The notes under the pieces: model-generated | Seen by the model: the letters and a program-made list of their open reading frames with translations, nothing else | Told to the model about the DNA's origin: nothing | The model's database searches: none | Shown here: positions 52,644 to 62,308 of the stretch, piece by piece | Numbering within the stretch: the stretch's first letter is position 1 | How the letters are laid out: the number at the start of each line of letters is the position of its first letter | Position numbers and translations under genes: made by a program | NCBI GenBank assembly: GCA_963789065.1 | Contig: CAWBKA010000025.1 | Coordinates: 13,211 to 77,210, forward strand | Direction: 5' to 3' | DNA from: an uncultured Verrucomicrobiae bacterium | GTDB taxonomy: Bacteria > Verrucomicrobiota > Verrucomicrobiia > Chthoniobacterales > JAFAMB01 | DNA: 64,000 nt

Positions 52644-54026
52644 GTGGAACCGAGGCTATTCGACAGGTTCTGGCAGCGGGTTTTAAGAAGCAGAAGCCGC
52701 CAGGCAGCGCTTTTCGCGGAGGACGGCAAAGTATCGCGGACTTTCCAGGACGTAGAAGAAGAACGGGCTGAATGGAGAGCCAGGCTGTCGGGGTTTTTAC
52801 CCGGTGACAGTGTTGTGGGCGCATTGGGGAATGATCCCTCCTGGCCCGCTTTTCTCCTCGCCGCCTGGGATCGAGCGCTCGTCGTGACGCCAATCGAACC
52901 AGACGGGACGGAAGCCCAACTTGACACCGTTCTGGAACTTGTCCGAGCCCAAGGTCTGGTCCGGGCGAGCAAGATAGAATGTTTCGATCGTCCGCAAATC
53001 GCCTGGGAAGGCCTCAGGCCCGACCTGTTGAAGATCACTTCCGGGACCACAGCCGCTCCGAGAGCCGTCCGGTTCCGTGAGTCACAACTGCTCGCTGATT
53101 GCCGAAATATCTGCGAAACGATGGGCATCCAACCGGAAGATTTGAACTTCGGGGTCATCCCATTCTCGCATTCGTACGGATTCAGCAACTTGATCACGCC
53201 CCTGCTCTTTCAGGGTACCGGCTTGATTTGCTCGACGGACCGGATGCCGAGAGCAGTTCACCATCACCTGCAGAAATCCGGAGCGACCGTTTTTCCTGGA
53301 ACGCCTGCACTATTTCAGGCGCTTGGATCGTTAGCAGGCGCCTCCGAACCGGTCGCCCTTCGCCTCTGCATCTCAGCCGGCGCGCCCCTGGCGCCCGAGA
53401 TTTCGCGCCAATTCCATCGGCGCTTCGGCCTTAAGATCCACAGCTTTTACGGTTCTTCGGAGTGCGGCGGCATCGCCTACGATCGGGGCGACGAACTGGA
53501 AAGGCAGATCGGCTTTGCCGGCACACCTCTGACTGGAGTTGAGGTGGTCAAGATTGACGCTAATCGGATCGCTGTCCACGGACCGAACGTTGGCGATGGT
53601 TATTTCCCCGCTTCAGACGTCGCGATCCTCAACGGTGAGCGGTTTGTTCCCGGAGATCTCATCGAATGGTCAAATCAGGAAATGCGTCTCTTTGGCCGGG
53701 TGACAGAATTCGTCAACGTCGCCGGAAGGAAGATCCACCCATCGGTCGTCGAAGAACATCTCCGGAAAATGCCGGGCGTTATCGATGCAATTGCCTTCGG
53801 TATTCCGTCGACAAACCGCAATGAAGATTTGGTTGCGTACGTGGTCTGCGCGAAAGGTCTCTCGCGACAGCTATTGGAAAACCATTGCCGCGAGGGCCTC
53901 AGCAGCTGGCAGGTTCCCCGCGAGATTCAGATCGTGCGAGAGCTTCCATTCAATAACCGCGGAAAAATAAATCGCTCTGAGCTATCTAAGCATCACATCG
54001 AATCCCGTGACGATCCTGGTTCCTAG
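52644..54026 (+). CDS. Class I adenylate-forming (AMP-binding) enzyme
   Basis: KITSGTTAAPR, PFSHSYG, ISAGAPL, FYGSSECGG, GD, NVAGRKI, GKINR. Confidence 0.88.
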   Translation: MEPRLFDRFWQRVLRSRSRQAALFAEDGKVSRTFQDVEEERAEWRARLSGFLPGDSVVGALGNDPSWPAFLLAAWDRALVVTPIEPDGTEAQLDTVLELVRAQGLVRASKIECFDRPQIAWEGLRPDLLKITSGTTAAPRAVRFRESQLLADCRNICETMGIQPEDLNFGVIPFSHSYGFSNLITPLLFQGTGLICSTDRMPRAVHHHLQKSGATVFPGTPALFQALGSLAGASEPVALRLCISAGAPLAPEISRQFHRRFGLKIHSFYGSSECGGIAYDRGDELERQIGFAGTPLTGVEVVKIDANRIAVHGPNVGDGYFPASDVAILNGERFVPGDLIEWSNQEMRLFGRVTEFVNVAGRKIHPSVVEEHLRKMPGVIDAIAFGIPSTNRNEDLVAYVVCAKGLSRQLLENHCREGLSSWQVPREIQIVRELPFNNRGKINRSELSKHHIESRDDPGS

Positions 54027-54080
54027 ACTGTTTCCAATTCCCCCTTTCTAACCTGCATTTTTCACAAAACCTCGGAAAGG

Positions 54081-54195
54081 CGAAGATGGGAAATTCTCGC
54101 ACGGAGGACACGGAGATCACGGAGGATTGTCATTGTTGATCAAATCGTTGATACCGTTCTTTAACGGTGGCTCGCCATAGTCCATCGAACAACCC
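54081..54195. repeat. Partial copy of the ACGGAGGTCACGG-family element
   Basis: GAAGATGGGAAATTCTCGCACGGAGGACACGGAGATCACGGAGGA matches the reverse complement of ~3830-3945. Confidence 0.75.
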
Positions 54196-54213
54196 AAATT
54201 TTCGGAATAAAAG

Positions 54214-54927
54214 GTGTTTACGAATTTGCTGGTTCCTAAACGGACATTCGATGGCACGATCGCTGAGATGATGGATCGTCCGCAGGTGGTTTCGGCGGAG
54301 TTGGAGCGTGATCTCGAGAATCTTGAACAACTGAATCGATACTTTGGGAGCTACGCTCTGGTTAGCTATTTCCTGCGTCGCTGGCTTCGTCCGGGGCACT
54401 CGTTCACCGCGATCGATCTGTGTACTGGATTCGGTGATATCCCTCGCTTCATCGTCAATTGGTGCCGAACGAACCGCGTTCCGGTGCAAATCACAGCCGT
54501 CGACTTTCAACCGGCCACGCTCGAATTGGCGATGGAGCGCTCAAAGGCCTATCCCGAGATCACCTTTTTGCAATCCGATGTTTTAAGCTTCAAACCAACC
54601 GGTTCAGTCGATTTCGTTTTTTGTTCGTTGGCGCTTCATCACTTTAATGAGAGCGCGGCAATCCGCCTTTTGCGGCGGGTGCGAAACATGGCGCGGCGCA
54701 GGGTCCTGGTGGCCGATCTCGAACGGACTGATTTCGGGATCGCCGGAATTTATCTGCTGACAGCCTGCGTTTTTCGTGAGCCAATGACCCGCTTCGACGC
54801 ACGGCTCTCGAGCCGCCGGGCATTTTCGTTCCGGGAAATGCAGCAGCTTGCCTCAGCCGCCGGTTGGGAACGATTCGGTCATCGGCGTTTCCCGGTTTGT
54901 CGGCAGGCGATCTGGTTCGAGGGTTGA
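54214..54927 (+). CDS. Class I SAM-dependent methyltransferase
   Basis: EMMDRP, LNRYFG, IDLCTGFGDIP, CSLALHHF, ADLER, DARLSSRRAFS. Confidence 0.88.
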   Translation: MFTNLLVPKRTFDGTIAEMMDRPQVVSAELERDLENLEQLNRYFGSYALVSYFLRRWLRPGHSFTAIDLCTGFGDIPRFIVNWCRTNRVPVQITAVDFQPATLELAMERSKAYPEITFLQSDVLSFKPTGSVDFVFCSLALHHFNESAAIRLLRRVRNMARRRVLVADLERTDFGIAGIYLLTACVFREPMTRFDARLSSRRAFSFREMQQLASAAGWERFGHRRFPVCRQAIWFEG

Positions 54928-54962
54928 ATCCGTAAGGAATACCAGCCAGAATATCGACAGCA

Positions 54963-55459
54963 ATGAGACTGTTAGCTTTATTTCTGCTGCCCCTGCCTTT
55001 GATTTCCGCCCAATTCGCCCGCGGACAAGAGAACAAAATAGATGTCGACCAGTTTCATTTGGAGACAATTGAAGGCGCCGAAGCTCATGCGAGCGTTGAC
55101 GCCGATTCCCAGGCGGCCAAAAGGAGGTGACAGTTGTCGTCTCTAAAATCGGCTTGGAGTTCTGGAGTGTAGAACTGCGGGCTCCCGGAATTAACTTCGA
55201 ATCGGGAAAAACGTACCAGGTGAAGTTTCAGGCGAAAAGTACTCCGGAGCAGTTCGTTTATGTTGTTCCGGAAAAGGTGGATGGAAACCAGGGATCGGTG
55301 GCAGAAGGGACGACGCTGCAAATTCCTGGCACTTGGACAGAGTGCACCGTTGTCTTTCATACGACGGACACCGCGAATCCTGGACGTCTTACCCTCTCCA
55401 GCTTGTCTGCGAATCCAGCCTCATATTGGTTTACCAACTTCAGCGTGAGCGAAGAATAG
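54963..55459 (+). CDS. Secreted carbohydrate-binding (CBM4/9-like) protein, frameshift near 55120
   Basis: Signal peptide MRLLALFLLPLPLIS from ATG 54963; WSVEL...GKTYQVKFQAKS...YWFTNFSV. Confidence 0.65.
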
Positions 55460-56030
55460 GGCAATTTTTCAACCGCGAATAGACGCGAATTGGATCCTCT
55501 TCCCCTTCGCGTTCATTCGTGTCCATTCGTGGTTTTTCCAATCTTCTGGGTCGGAGGGCCTAAGCAGGATTGTGGCGGGGCGGGGGCAGGTCGATAGGAG
55601 CAATTTCAACCGCGAATGGACACGAATAGACGCGAATAAAAACCCCAATTGGATCCTCTTCCCCTTCGCGTTCATTGGTGTCCATTCGTGGTTTTCCAAT
55701 CTTCTGGGTCGGAGGGCCTAAGCAGGATTGTGGCGGGGCGGGGGCAGGTCGAATAGGAGCAATTTCAACCGCGAATGGACACGAATAGACGCGAATAAAA
55801 ACCCCAATTGGATCCGATTCCCCTTCGCGTTCATTGGTGTCCATTCGTGGTTTTCCAATCTTCTGGGTCGGAGGGCCTAAGCAGGATTGTGGCGGGGCGG
55901 GGGCAGGTCGATAGGAGCAATTTCAACCGCGAATGGACACGAATAGACGCGAATAAAAACCCCAATTGGATCCGATTCCCCTTCGCGTTCATTTGCGTCC
56001 ATTCGCAGTCTTTCCGATCTTCAAGGCCAC
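55457..56030. repeat. Tandem array of ~158-bp units (3.5 copies) of palindromic family D
   Basis: AACCGCGAAT at 55471, 55608, 55767, 55925; each unit holds an inverted TTCGCGTTCATT.GTGTCCATTCGTGGTT. Confidence 0.92.
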
Positions 56031-56081
56031 TTCGCTATACAGATCCGGGGTTTACCCTGGGTCTCGGGCGGGACGCCCGTG

Positions 56082-56732
56082 TCACGCCTTCAGTGCCAGC
56101 AAGGCTAGCAGACGGCCGGTCTGGCCCTTTTCCATTCGATACGAGTAAAATTTCTTGAGATCCGCAGCGGTATTCTCACCGCAATCGAACACCTGTTTCA
56201 CCCCGGAATGCTTGAGCTGGAGGACAATCTCGGCCGCAAAATCGGCTTCATACTCCGGCGGTCGAATGCACGGGCTGAGCTGGGCGACGATGGTATCGGG
56301 ATCGCTCCCAAACTCCCTTGACATCTTTTGTACGGCAGCTCCGGCGATGTTTAGCGCGGTACCCTTCCTTCCCGAATGAAGAAGCCCGATGACTTGCTTT
56401 TTCGGGTCGACCAGGAATACGGCGCAACAATCGGCGACGTAAATTCCAAGCAGGATATCTGGATCACAGCTGATCAACCCATCGACTCCAACACTCCTGG
56501 CGGACGAAGCAATGGAGACAACGGCGATCGAGTTGTTATGGACTTGCTCGGCGAGACGAAGTTGCCGCGGACCAAAGGTTCGCAGCGCTACTTCATGATA
56601 TCCGTCCAGCCTCCGCAGGGCGGTTTCTCGATCGGTCCGAACATCGAGACCTGGCACTCTGAGAACGAATCCGTGCAAAACGTTTTCCAGAGCCTCGAGA
56701 GCGGGAAAACGTTCAACAGGAGGACTAGTCAT
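56082..56732 (-). CDS. YfiH/PgeF polyphenol oxidase (laccase-like) family protein
   Basis: EQVH, DGLI, YVADCCAV, HSGRKG, SPCI, FYSYR...TGR. Confidence 0.9.
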   Translation of the reverse strand: MTSPPVERFPALEALENVLHGFVLRVPGLDVRTDRETALRRLDGYHEVALRTFGPRQLRLAEQVHNNSIAVVSIASSARSVGVDGLISCDPDILLGIYVADCCAVFLVDPKKQVIGLLHSGRKGTALNIAGAAVQKMSREFGSDPDTIVAQLSPCIRPPEYEADFAAEIVLQLKHSGVKQVFDCGENTAADLKKFYSYRMEKGQTGRLLALLALKA

Positions 56733-58371
56733 TCGTTGTCTGCACTTTCCCCTGTGGCGGAGTCAGGGATATCCGTTTTGCCTTTCGAGTAGAAGGCGCA
56801 TTTGGGTCAAGCGGTGAGTTATATCTGGCTCGATTGGCCTTCGAAACCTCGGTCGCGGTTAGAGTCGACGGACGAGCCCGCCCATCATCAAAGATGTCGT
56901 TGTATTTCGTCTCGGTCCCGGTCGCCTGTTGGTAGGACGCGATGGCCGAAATATAGGAGAACTTGGCCGACACCAGGTTGGATCGGGCCGTGGTGAGCTG
57001 CTGTTGAGCATTCAAAACGTCCAACTGAGTGCCGGTGCCGGCGGCGAGCCGCTCATCGGAGAGACGAAGAGCCTCCAGGTTGACGTTGACACCGGTCTGG
57101 GCGCTATCGACGGTCAGGGCAGCCTGGCGCAGGTTGCTAACCGAAGTGGCGACCTCCAATTCGACCTGCCGGACGGCGTCATCGTACGCGACCTTCGCCT
57201 GTTCCAACTGCGCTCGCGCTTCTTTCATTTTCCCATAAGTCAGCCCGCCGTCGAAAACATTCCACGAGCCTGTAAGCTGGAAGAACCAGCCCTGCAAAGT
57301 ATTGCTCAGATCGCTGGTCGTCGGATTGTTCTTTTGCTCCCAGCCCACGCTGGCCGCAATCTGAGGTTTGTATCCGGAAGCCTGGACGGTAATGTTTTCG
57401 ACATCGGCGAGGATAGTGGAGCGCTGCGCCTTGAGAGACGGACGGTTGGCGCGAGCAGCAATCAGTGCGGAGCCGAGATCGTACTTGATTGGCTGAAATT
57501 CAAGCTCCCCCAACACCGGCAGCGGATTGCTGGTGGTGTACTGACGGTTGGCGGGAATGCCGAGGGTGCGCGCGAGCGTCACCTGTGCGATAAAGTAGTT
57601 ATTCTCGGCGGCGATCAGCTGTGGAATCTGGTTCTCGAGCTGACCCTCGGCCTGGAGGACGTTAAATTGCGGAACGGTCCCCGCCTCATAGCGGCTTTTC
57701 TGATCTTCGAGTTGACTCTGCAGGAGGTTCACCGATTCTTCCTGGACCTGCACCAAAGCTTTATTGAGCAGAATCTGATAAAATTGGGTGATCACGGTCT
57801 GCACCACCGTGTCAATGGTGTCACGAAGCTGGTAATAGGCTTGCTCCTCGTTGATCCGCGCCCCTCGACGCGACGCGATCGTGGCCCCGCCGTCATAAAG
57901 CAGTTGCGACAAGGTCAACTGAACGATCCAGCTTTGATTCTGTGAGATTGAGGCCGAACTTGAAAGCCCTGAAAGCCCTCCTCCGCTAAAAGGGACGGTG
58001 CTGGCGTGGGTTATGGTTGATAGGCCGGTGACGAGGTTGTTCGACACGTTGCCAGGACCGGGAACAGTGAGAACGTCAAAATTCGGAGAGGCGGAAGAGG
58101 AAAACGACGGACTGAGCGCACTGCTTTGCTGCGAATAGGTAGAGGTCATCGCCAAGTGCGGCAGCATTGGAGCTTGGGCCACGAAAACCAGACCCCTCGT
58201 AACCTTGAGCTGCTGAATTTGCTCAAGGATGGAGGCATTCTGCCTGAGCGCGAGCTCAACAGCTTCATTGATGGTCAGCGGATGACTACGCAAGCCGGCC
58301 GTCGACTCGCCGGCGATTAAATTGCAGGACAACCCTGCGAAGGCTAAGGCTAACAGCGGAAGTCTCATCAT
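56725..58371 (-). CDS. TolC-family outer membrane efflux protein
   Basis: Signal peptide; LTINEAVELAL, QLLYDGG, RYEAGTVPQFNVL, AGTGTQLDVL. Confidence 0.92.
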   Translation of the reverse strand: MMRLPLLALAFAGLSCNLIAGESTAGLRSHPLTINEAVELALRQNASILEQIQQLKVTRGLVFVAQAPMLPHLAMTSTYSQQSSALSPSFSSSASPNFDVLTVPGPGNVSNNLVTGLSTITHASTVPFSGGGLSGLSSSASISQNQSWIVQLTLSQLLYDGGATIASRRGARINEEQAYYQLRDTIDTVVQTVITQFYQILLNKALVQVQEESVNLLQSQLEDQKSRYEAGTVPQFNVLQAEGQLENQIPQLIAAENNYFIAQVTLARTLGIPANRQYTTSNPLPVLGELEFQPIKYDLGSALIAARANRPSLKAQRSTILADVENITVQASGYKPQIAASVGWEQKNNPTTSDLSNTLQGWFFQLTGSWNVFDGGLTYGKMKEARAQLEQAKVAYDDAVRQVELEVATSVSNLRQAALTVDSAQTGVNVNLEALRLSDERLAAGTGTQLDVLNAQQQLTTARSNLVSAKFSYISAIASYQQATGTETKYNDIFDDGRARPSTLTATEVSKANRARYNSPLDPNAPSTRKAKRISLTPPQGKVQTTND

Positions 58372-58856
58372 TTCTTAGGTAATTTGTCGGAGTAATCTGC
58401 GATCTTACGGTAGATCTGAAGCCAGGCTCTCCCTTCCTCGGCCGTGAGATGCTCCCGTAAAAGCGTCATTATCTTGTCCACCATGTCGCGACGGATTTCT
58501 GCGACCAGCCCGGATCCCTTTTGGGTGATTCTGACCATGACTTTGCGGCGATCATCCGAGGCATGTGAGCGCTGGACATATTCAAGCTTTTCGAGTCGAT
58601 CAACCAAACCGGTGGCCGCCGCGGTGGTGTGACCCATCTTCGAAGCGATACCGGACATCGTTATTACTTCCTGTTTATCGAGATAGCCCAGCAAAAAATA
58701 TTGCGGAAAGGAAACACTTCCATGCCTGAGTTCTTCTGAGAGGCTGAGCAGGAATTTGCGCTGCATTCGCATCACGATTTCGGCAAGTTCTTCCGCAGCG
58801 GGTTGGAGGTCGGAATCGGAGCGTTGCTCGGTCGAGCGTTGCCCGGTCGTATGCAT
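58368..58856 (-). CDS. MarR-family transcriptional regulator
   Basis: SFPQYFLL, TGLVDRLEKLEYVQR...DDRR. Confidence 0.92.
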   Translation of the reverse strand: MHTTGQRSTEQRSDSDLQPAAEELAEIVMRMQRKFLLSLSEELRHGSVSFPQYFLLGYLDKQEVITMSGIASKMGHTTAAATGLVDRLEKLEYVQRSHASDDRRKVMVRITQKGSGLVAEIRRDMVDKIMTLLREHLTAEEGRAWLQIYRKIADYSDKLPKK

Positions 58857-59203
58857 AGGCGATCTAAAAGGTTAACCGTGTTAATTTTCTCTGGCCCATG
58901 ATTTAAGCATACCGCCTCTCGTTTGCAATCGCCTAGCCCGCGTCGCCAGCAATTCGTCGAGATTTGCCAGCGCCGCAGACTGTCAGAGCGGAATTTTCCG
59001 ACCTGACCGGAGTATCCGACTGCTTTTTGGGTTGTGAGTTTTGTGGTTTGCGCCTGGCATGTCGAGCTTTTCCCTCGCCCTGGAGGATTGATTCACCCAA
59101 AACTCAAATCCGAAAAGGCCATTTACACGATGTACCTTTTTAGGTAACCAATGGCTGATAGTTTAATTTCCAACTTAAGACTCACCGTTCTGAGGGCAGC
59201 ACT

Positions 59204-60559
59204 ATGGCATACCAAAATGTTCAGCCGCCTGCCGGCGAAAAAATCACGACGCACGACGGCAAAATCCAGTGTCCGGACAATCCGATCATCCCTTTCATCC
59301 GCGGAGATGGCACCGGCCCGGATATTTGGGCGGCCAGCGAACGCGTATTTGACGCCGCAGTCGAAAAGGCCTACCACGGCTCTAAGAAAATTGCCTGGTT
59401 CGAAGTCTACGCCGGCGAAACGGCGAAGAATCGTTTCGATGAGTGGTTGCCGGAAGACACGGTCACCGCTTTCAAAGAGTATCTGGTCGGGATCAAAGGA
59501 CCCTTAACAACACCGATCGGCGGGGGAATCCGCTCTCTGAATGTCGCCTTGCGACAAATGCTGGATTTGTACGTTTGTCTGCGACCAGTTCAGTATTTCC
59601 AGGGCGTACCATCGCCGGTCCGCAACCCGGAAAAGGTCGACATGGTGATTTTCCGTGAAAACACCGAAGACATTTACGCGGGGATCGAATTTCGCGCTGG
59701 AACTCCGGACTCGCAGCGTTTCCTGAAACTCTTCGAGCAAGAATTCCCTAAAGAATTTGCCAAGATCCGTTTCGGGACCGAGAACGCCGCGAAAGCATTT
59801 TTAGCCAACGAATCGGCGCTCGGGACTCCGCAAATCGAGGTCGGGATCGGGATCAAGGCGGTGAGCCATCTCGGATCCAGCCGTCTGATTGCCGCTGCCA
59901 TCCGATACGCCCTGGTAAACAAAAGGAAATCTGTCACCTTCGTGCACAAGGGAAACATCATGAAGTTCACCGAAGGAAGCTTTAGGGATTGGGGTTATGA
60001 CCTGGCTGATACTCTTTTTGCCAACGAGACCTATTCCTGGTCAAAGTGGGAACGGACGAAGAACGAGCAAGGCGAGAATAGCGCAAACGCGGAGATGAAG
60101 GCGGCTTTGGCCGCAGGCAAAATCCTCGTCAAGGACGCCATTGCTGACATAACCTTGCAACAAGTCCTGACTCGACCGGAAGATTTCGACATCATCGCAA
60201 CGCTTAATTTGAACGGTGACTACCTCTCCGACGCCCTCGCTGCTCAGGTCGGAGGAATCGGCATCGCACCCGGTGGTAATATAAATTACCACACTGGTCA
60301 CGCCATCTTCGAGGCCACCCATGGCACCGCGCCGAAATATGCCAATCTCGACAGAGTCAATCCGGGCTCGGTGGTGCTCTCGGGAGAGATGATGCTACGG
60401 CATCTCGGCTGGATCGAAGCCGCGGACCTGGTGATCAAAGGCCTGAACGGCGCGATTGCCAGCAAGAAAGTCACCTACGATTTTGCCCGCCTAATGGATG
60501 GGGCAACTGAAATCAAGTGCTCGGAGTTCGGAGACAACATCATCGCGCACATGAGCTGA
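59204..60559 (+). CDS. icd: NADP-dependent isocitrate dehydrogenase
   Basis: [63 protein letters not shown]. Confidence 0.97.
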   Translation: MAYQNVQPPAGEKITTHDGKIQCPDNPIIPFIRGDGTGPDIWAASERVFDAAVEKAYHGSKKIAWFEVYAGETAKNRFDEWLPEDTVTAFKEYLVGIKGPLTTPIGGGIRSLNVALRQMLDLYVCLRPVQYFQGVPSPVRNPEKVDMVIFRENTEDIYAGIEFRAGTPDSQRFLKLFEQEFPKEFAKIRFGTENAAKAFLANESALGTPQIEVGIGIKAVSHLGSSRLIAAAIRYALVNKRKSVTFVHKGNIMKFTEGSFRDWGYDLADTLFANETYSWSKWERTKNEQGENSANAEMKAALAAGKILVKDAIADITLQQVLTRPEDFDIIATLNLNGDYLSDALAAQVGGIGIAPGGNINYHTGHAIFEATHGTAPKYANLDRVNPGSVVLSGEMMLRHLGWIEAADLVIKGLNGAIASKKVTYDFARLMDGATEIKCSEFGDNIIAHMS

Positions 60560-60560
60560 G

Positions 60561-60840
60561 TGGTTTTGGGTTTTGCGTTTTGCGTTTTGCGTTTTGAGTA
60601 GGGCATCCCGGCGAGCGTTGCGTTCGTATCTGCTTAGCGCCGTGGGCCTGAAGAATTGAAAACCACGAATGGACACGAATGAACGCGAAGGGGGATCGGA
60701 TCCAAATTCCGGTTTTTATTCGCGTCTATTCGTGTCCATTCGCGGTTTAAATTTGCTCCTATCGGCCCGTGCCCGCGTGCGACAGGTACATGCGCCCGTC
60801 ACGCAAAAACGCAAAACCTTAAACCCAAAACTCAAAACGC
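60561..60840. repeat. Nested intergenic repeat: inverted heptamer tracts (GTTTTGC)n and (CAAAACG)n enclosing a family D doublet
   Basis: GGTTTTGGGTTTTGCGTTTTGCGTTTTGCGTTTTGAG ... GCAAAAACGCAAAACCTTAAACCCAAAACTCAAAACG. Confidence 0.8.
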
Positions 60841-60845
60841 CTGCT

Positions 60846-62147
60846 TCAGGTGGCGATCTCGATCTCGTCCTTGGTTGTAATATCGTCTTGAAAGAAAATA
60901 TTCCTCTGGCGATCCCAAACGTATCGATGAAGAAGAACTTTGAGCGTCGCGGTTAACGGAATCGCCAGAACTGCTCCAAGCAGGCCTCCCAAAACGAGCG
61001 TCCAGAGAAAGACCGAGACGATGACTGTCATCGGGTGCAGACCGACCGAGTTCCCGACGATGCGGGGCGTTGTCACCAATCCATCGATTTGAGCGACGAT
61101 TAAAAAGAAGATAATCGTCACCCATAGCGGGTGTATCCAATCATTGAATTGCGCGAAGGCAATCAGGACCGCCGGGATGTAACAAATGATGTACCCGGCA
61201 TACGGCATAATTCCGAAAAAGATGAACCCGAGACCGATCAGAAAGCCAAACTGGAGCCCCAGAATCGACAGTCCGATCGCCAATAAAACTCCGTTAATCA
61301 GGGCGACGACCACTTGGCCACGAAAAAAATTGATCAGATAACCGTTGATCTCGGTTAGGACAGAAACTACCTCGTCCTTAAATTCGGAGCGCCGAAGCGG
61401 TAAGTAGTTGCTCCAGGATTCCGCGATCTGCGGACTCTCTTTCAAAAAGAAAAAGAGATAAATAGGGACAATGAGCAGGCCGAACATGAAGCCGAAGACA
61501 CCAAAAACGCCGGTCAAACTCGTCTGGAAGAATGTCCAGGAGCGCTGAACCAGCGTTGGGAGCTGGTCATTCAGATACTGCAATGATTGTTGTACGTAAG
61601 GGTTATTTTGATAACGCGCGAGACCGACGTTGGAACTCGGGTTGCCTGACGAATCCGGCGGAACCGGCGAGGGAATCGGTTCAGGGGTGGGAGATGGCTT
61701 GCCACCAAGTTGAGGAAGTTTCTCCAAGTTTCGCTCGAGAAAGCCGTCAAGCGCACCCCATCCTCGTCCCAAATAACCAGGAAGAGCGGAGGAAAATTTC
61801 ACGCTTTCAGTGTAGATCGAAGGAACGACTCCGACGACCAGGAGTACGGCGCCCAGAAGAAACGCTCCGAAGACGATAACGACGGCCAGAAGCCGAGGCA
61901 GCTTTCTACGGGCCAGCCAACTTACCACCGGCTCCAAAAGATAGGCGAACACTCCGGCAACCGCGACCGGCAACAGCAGAGGCTGAAGAAACGTGAGAAT
62001 CTGCGTCGTGACATATAAGGTGAAGACAACAATCCCAGCGATCACCAGCAACGAAAGCGAAGTGATCGCGTTCCATAGCATCTTTTTCTGCCAGGGCGTC
62101 GGATACAAGATTGCCAGCAGGATGGTTTCGACCTGCAAAGGTTGCAA
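60846..62147 (-). CDS. AI-2E family transporter (PerM/UPF0118)
   Basis: YLLEPVV, FFRGQ, MPYAG, QIDG...PRIVGNSVGLHP, GAVLAIPL. Confidence 0.92.
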   Translation of the reverse strand: MQPLQVETILLAILYPTPWQKKMLWNAITSLSLLVIAGIVVFTLYVTTQILTFLQPLLLPVAVAGVFAYLLEPVVSWLARRKLPRLLAVVIVFGAFLLGAVLLVVGVVPSIYTESVKFSSALPGYLGRGWGALDGFLERNLEKLPQLGGKPSPTPEPIPSPVPPDSSGNPSSNVGLARYQNNPYVQQSLQYLNDQLPTLVQRSWTFFQTSLTGVFGVFGFMFGLLIVPIYLFFFLKESPQIAESWSNYLPLRRSEFKDEVVSVLTEINGYLINFFRGQVVVALINGVLLAIGLSILGLQFGFLIGLGFIFFGIMPYAGYIICYIPAVLIAFAQFNDWIHPLWVTIIFFLIVAQIDGLVTTPRIVGNSVGLHPMTVIVSVFLWTLVLGGLLGAVLAIPLTATLKVLLHRYVWDRQRNIFFQDDITTKDEIEIAT

Positions 62148-62308
62148 CGAAAAAGCGCGTTGGAGTCGCAGGCAAAGCGTCCCGGATTGCTCGATGCTCG
62201 AAAGGGCGAGGCGGCTTTGGTCAGCGTTGAAGAGGCAAGCCGGGACCCTTCGCGTACACTGTATTTAAACGGATACTCGGGTACAATGTCTGATCTCTAA
62301 CATCGAAT

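Noticed and set aside
55457-56030. Possible CRISPR array or repeat-protein ORFs (HEWTRMNAK)
   Set aside because: The units are identical throughout and palindromic; the short ORFs on both strands are translations of the repeat.
56929-57945. 338-aa plus-strand ORF
   Set aside because: Antisense shadow of the TolC gene.
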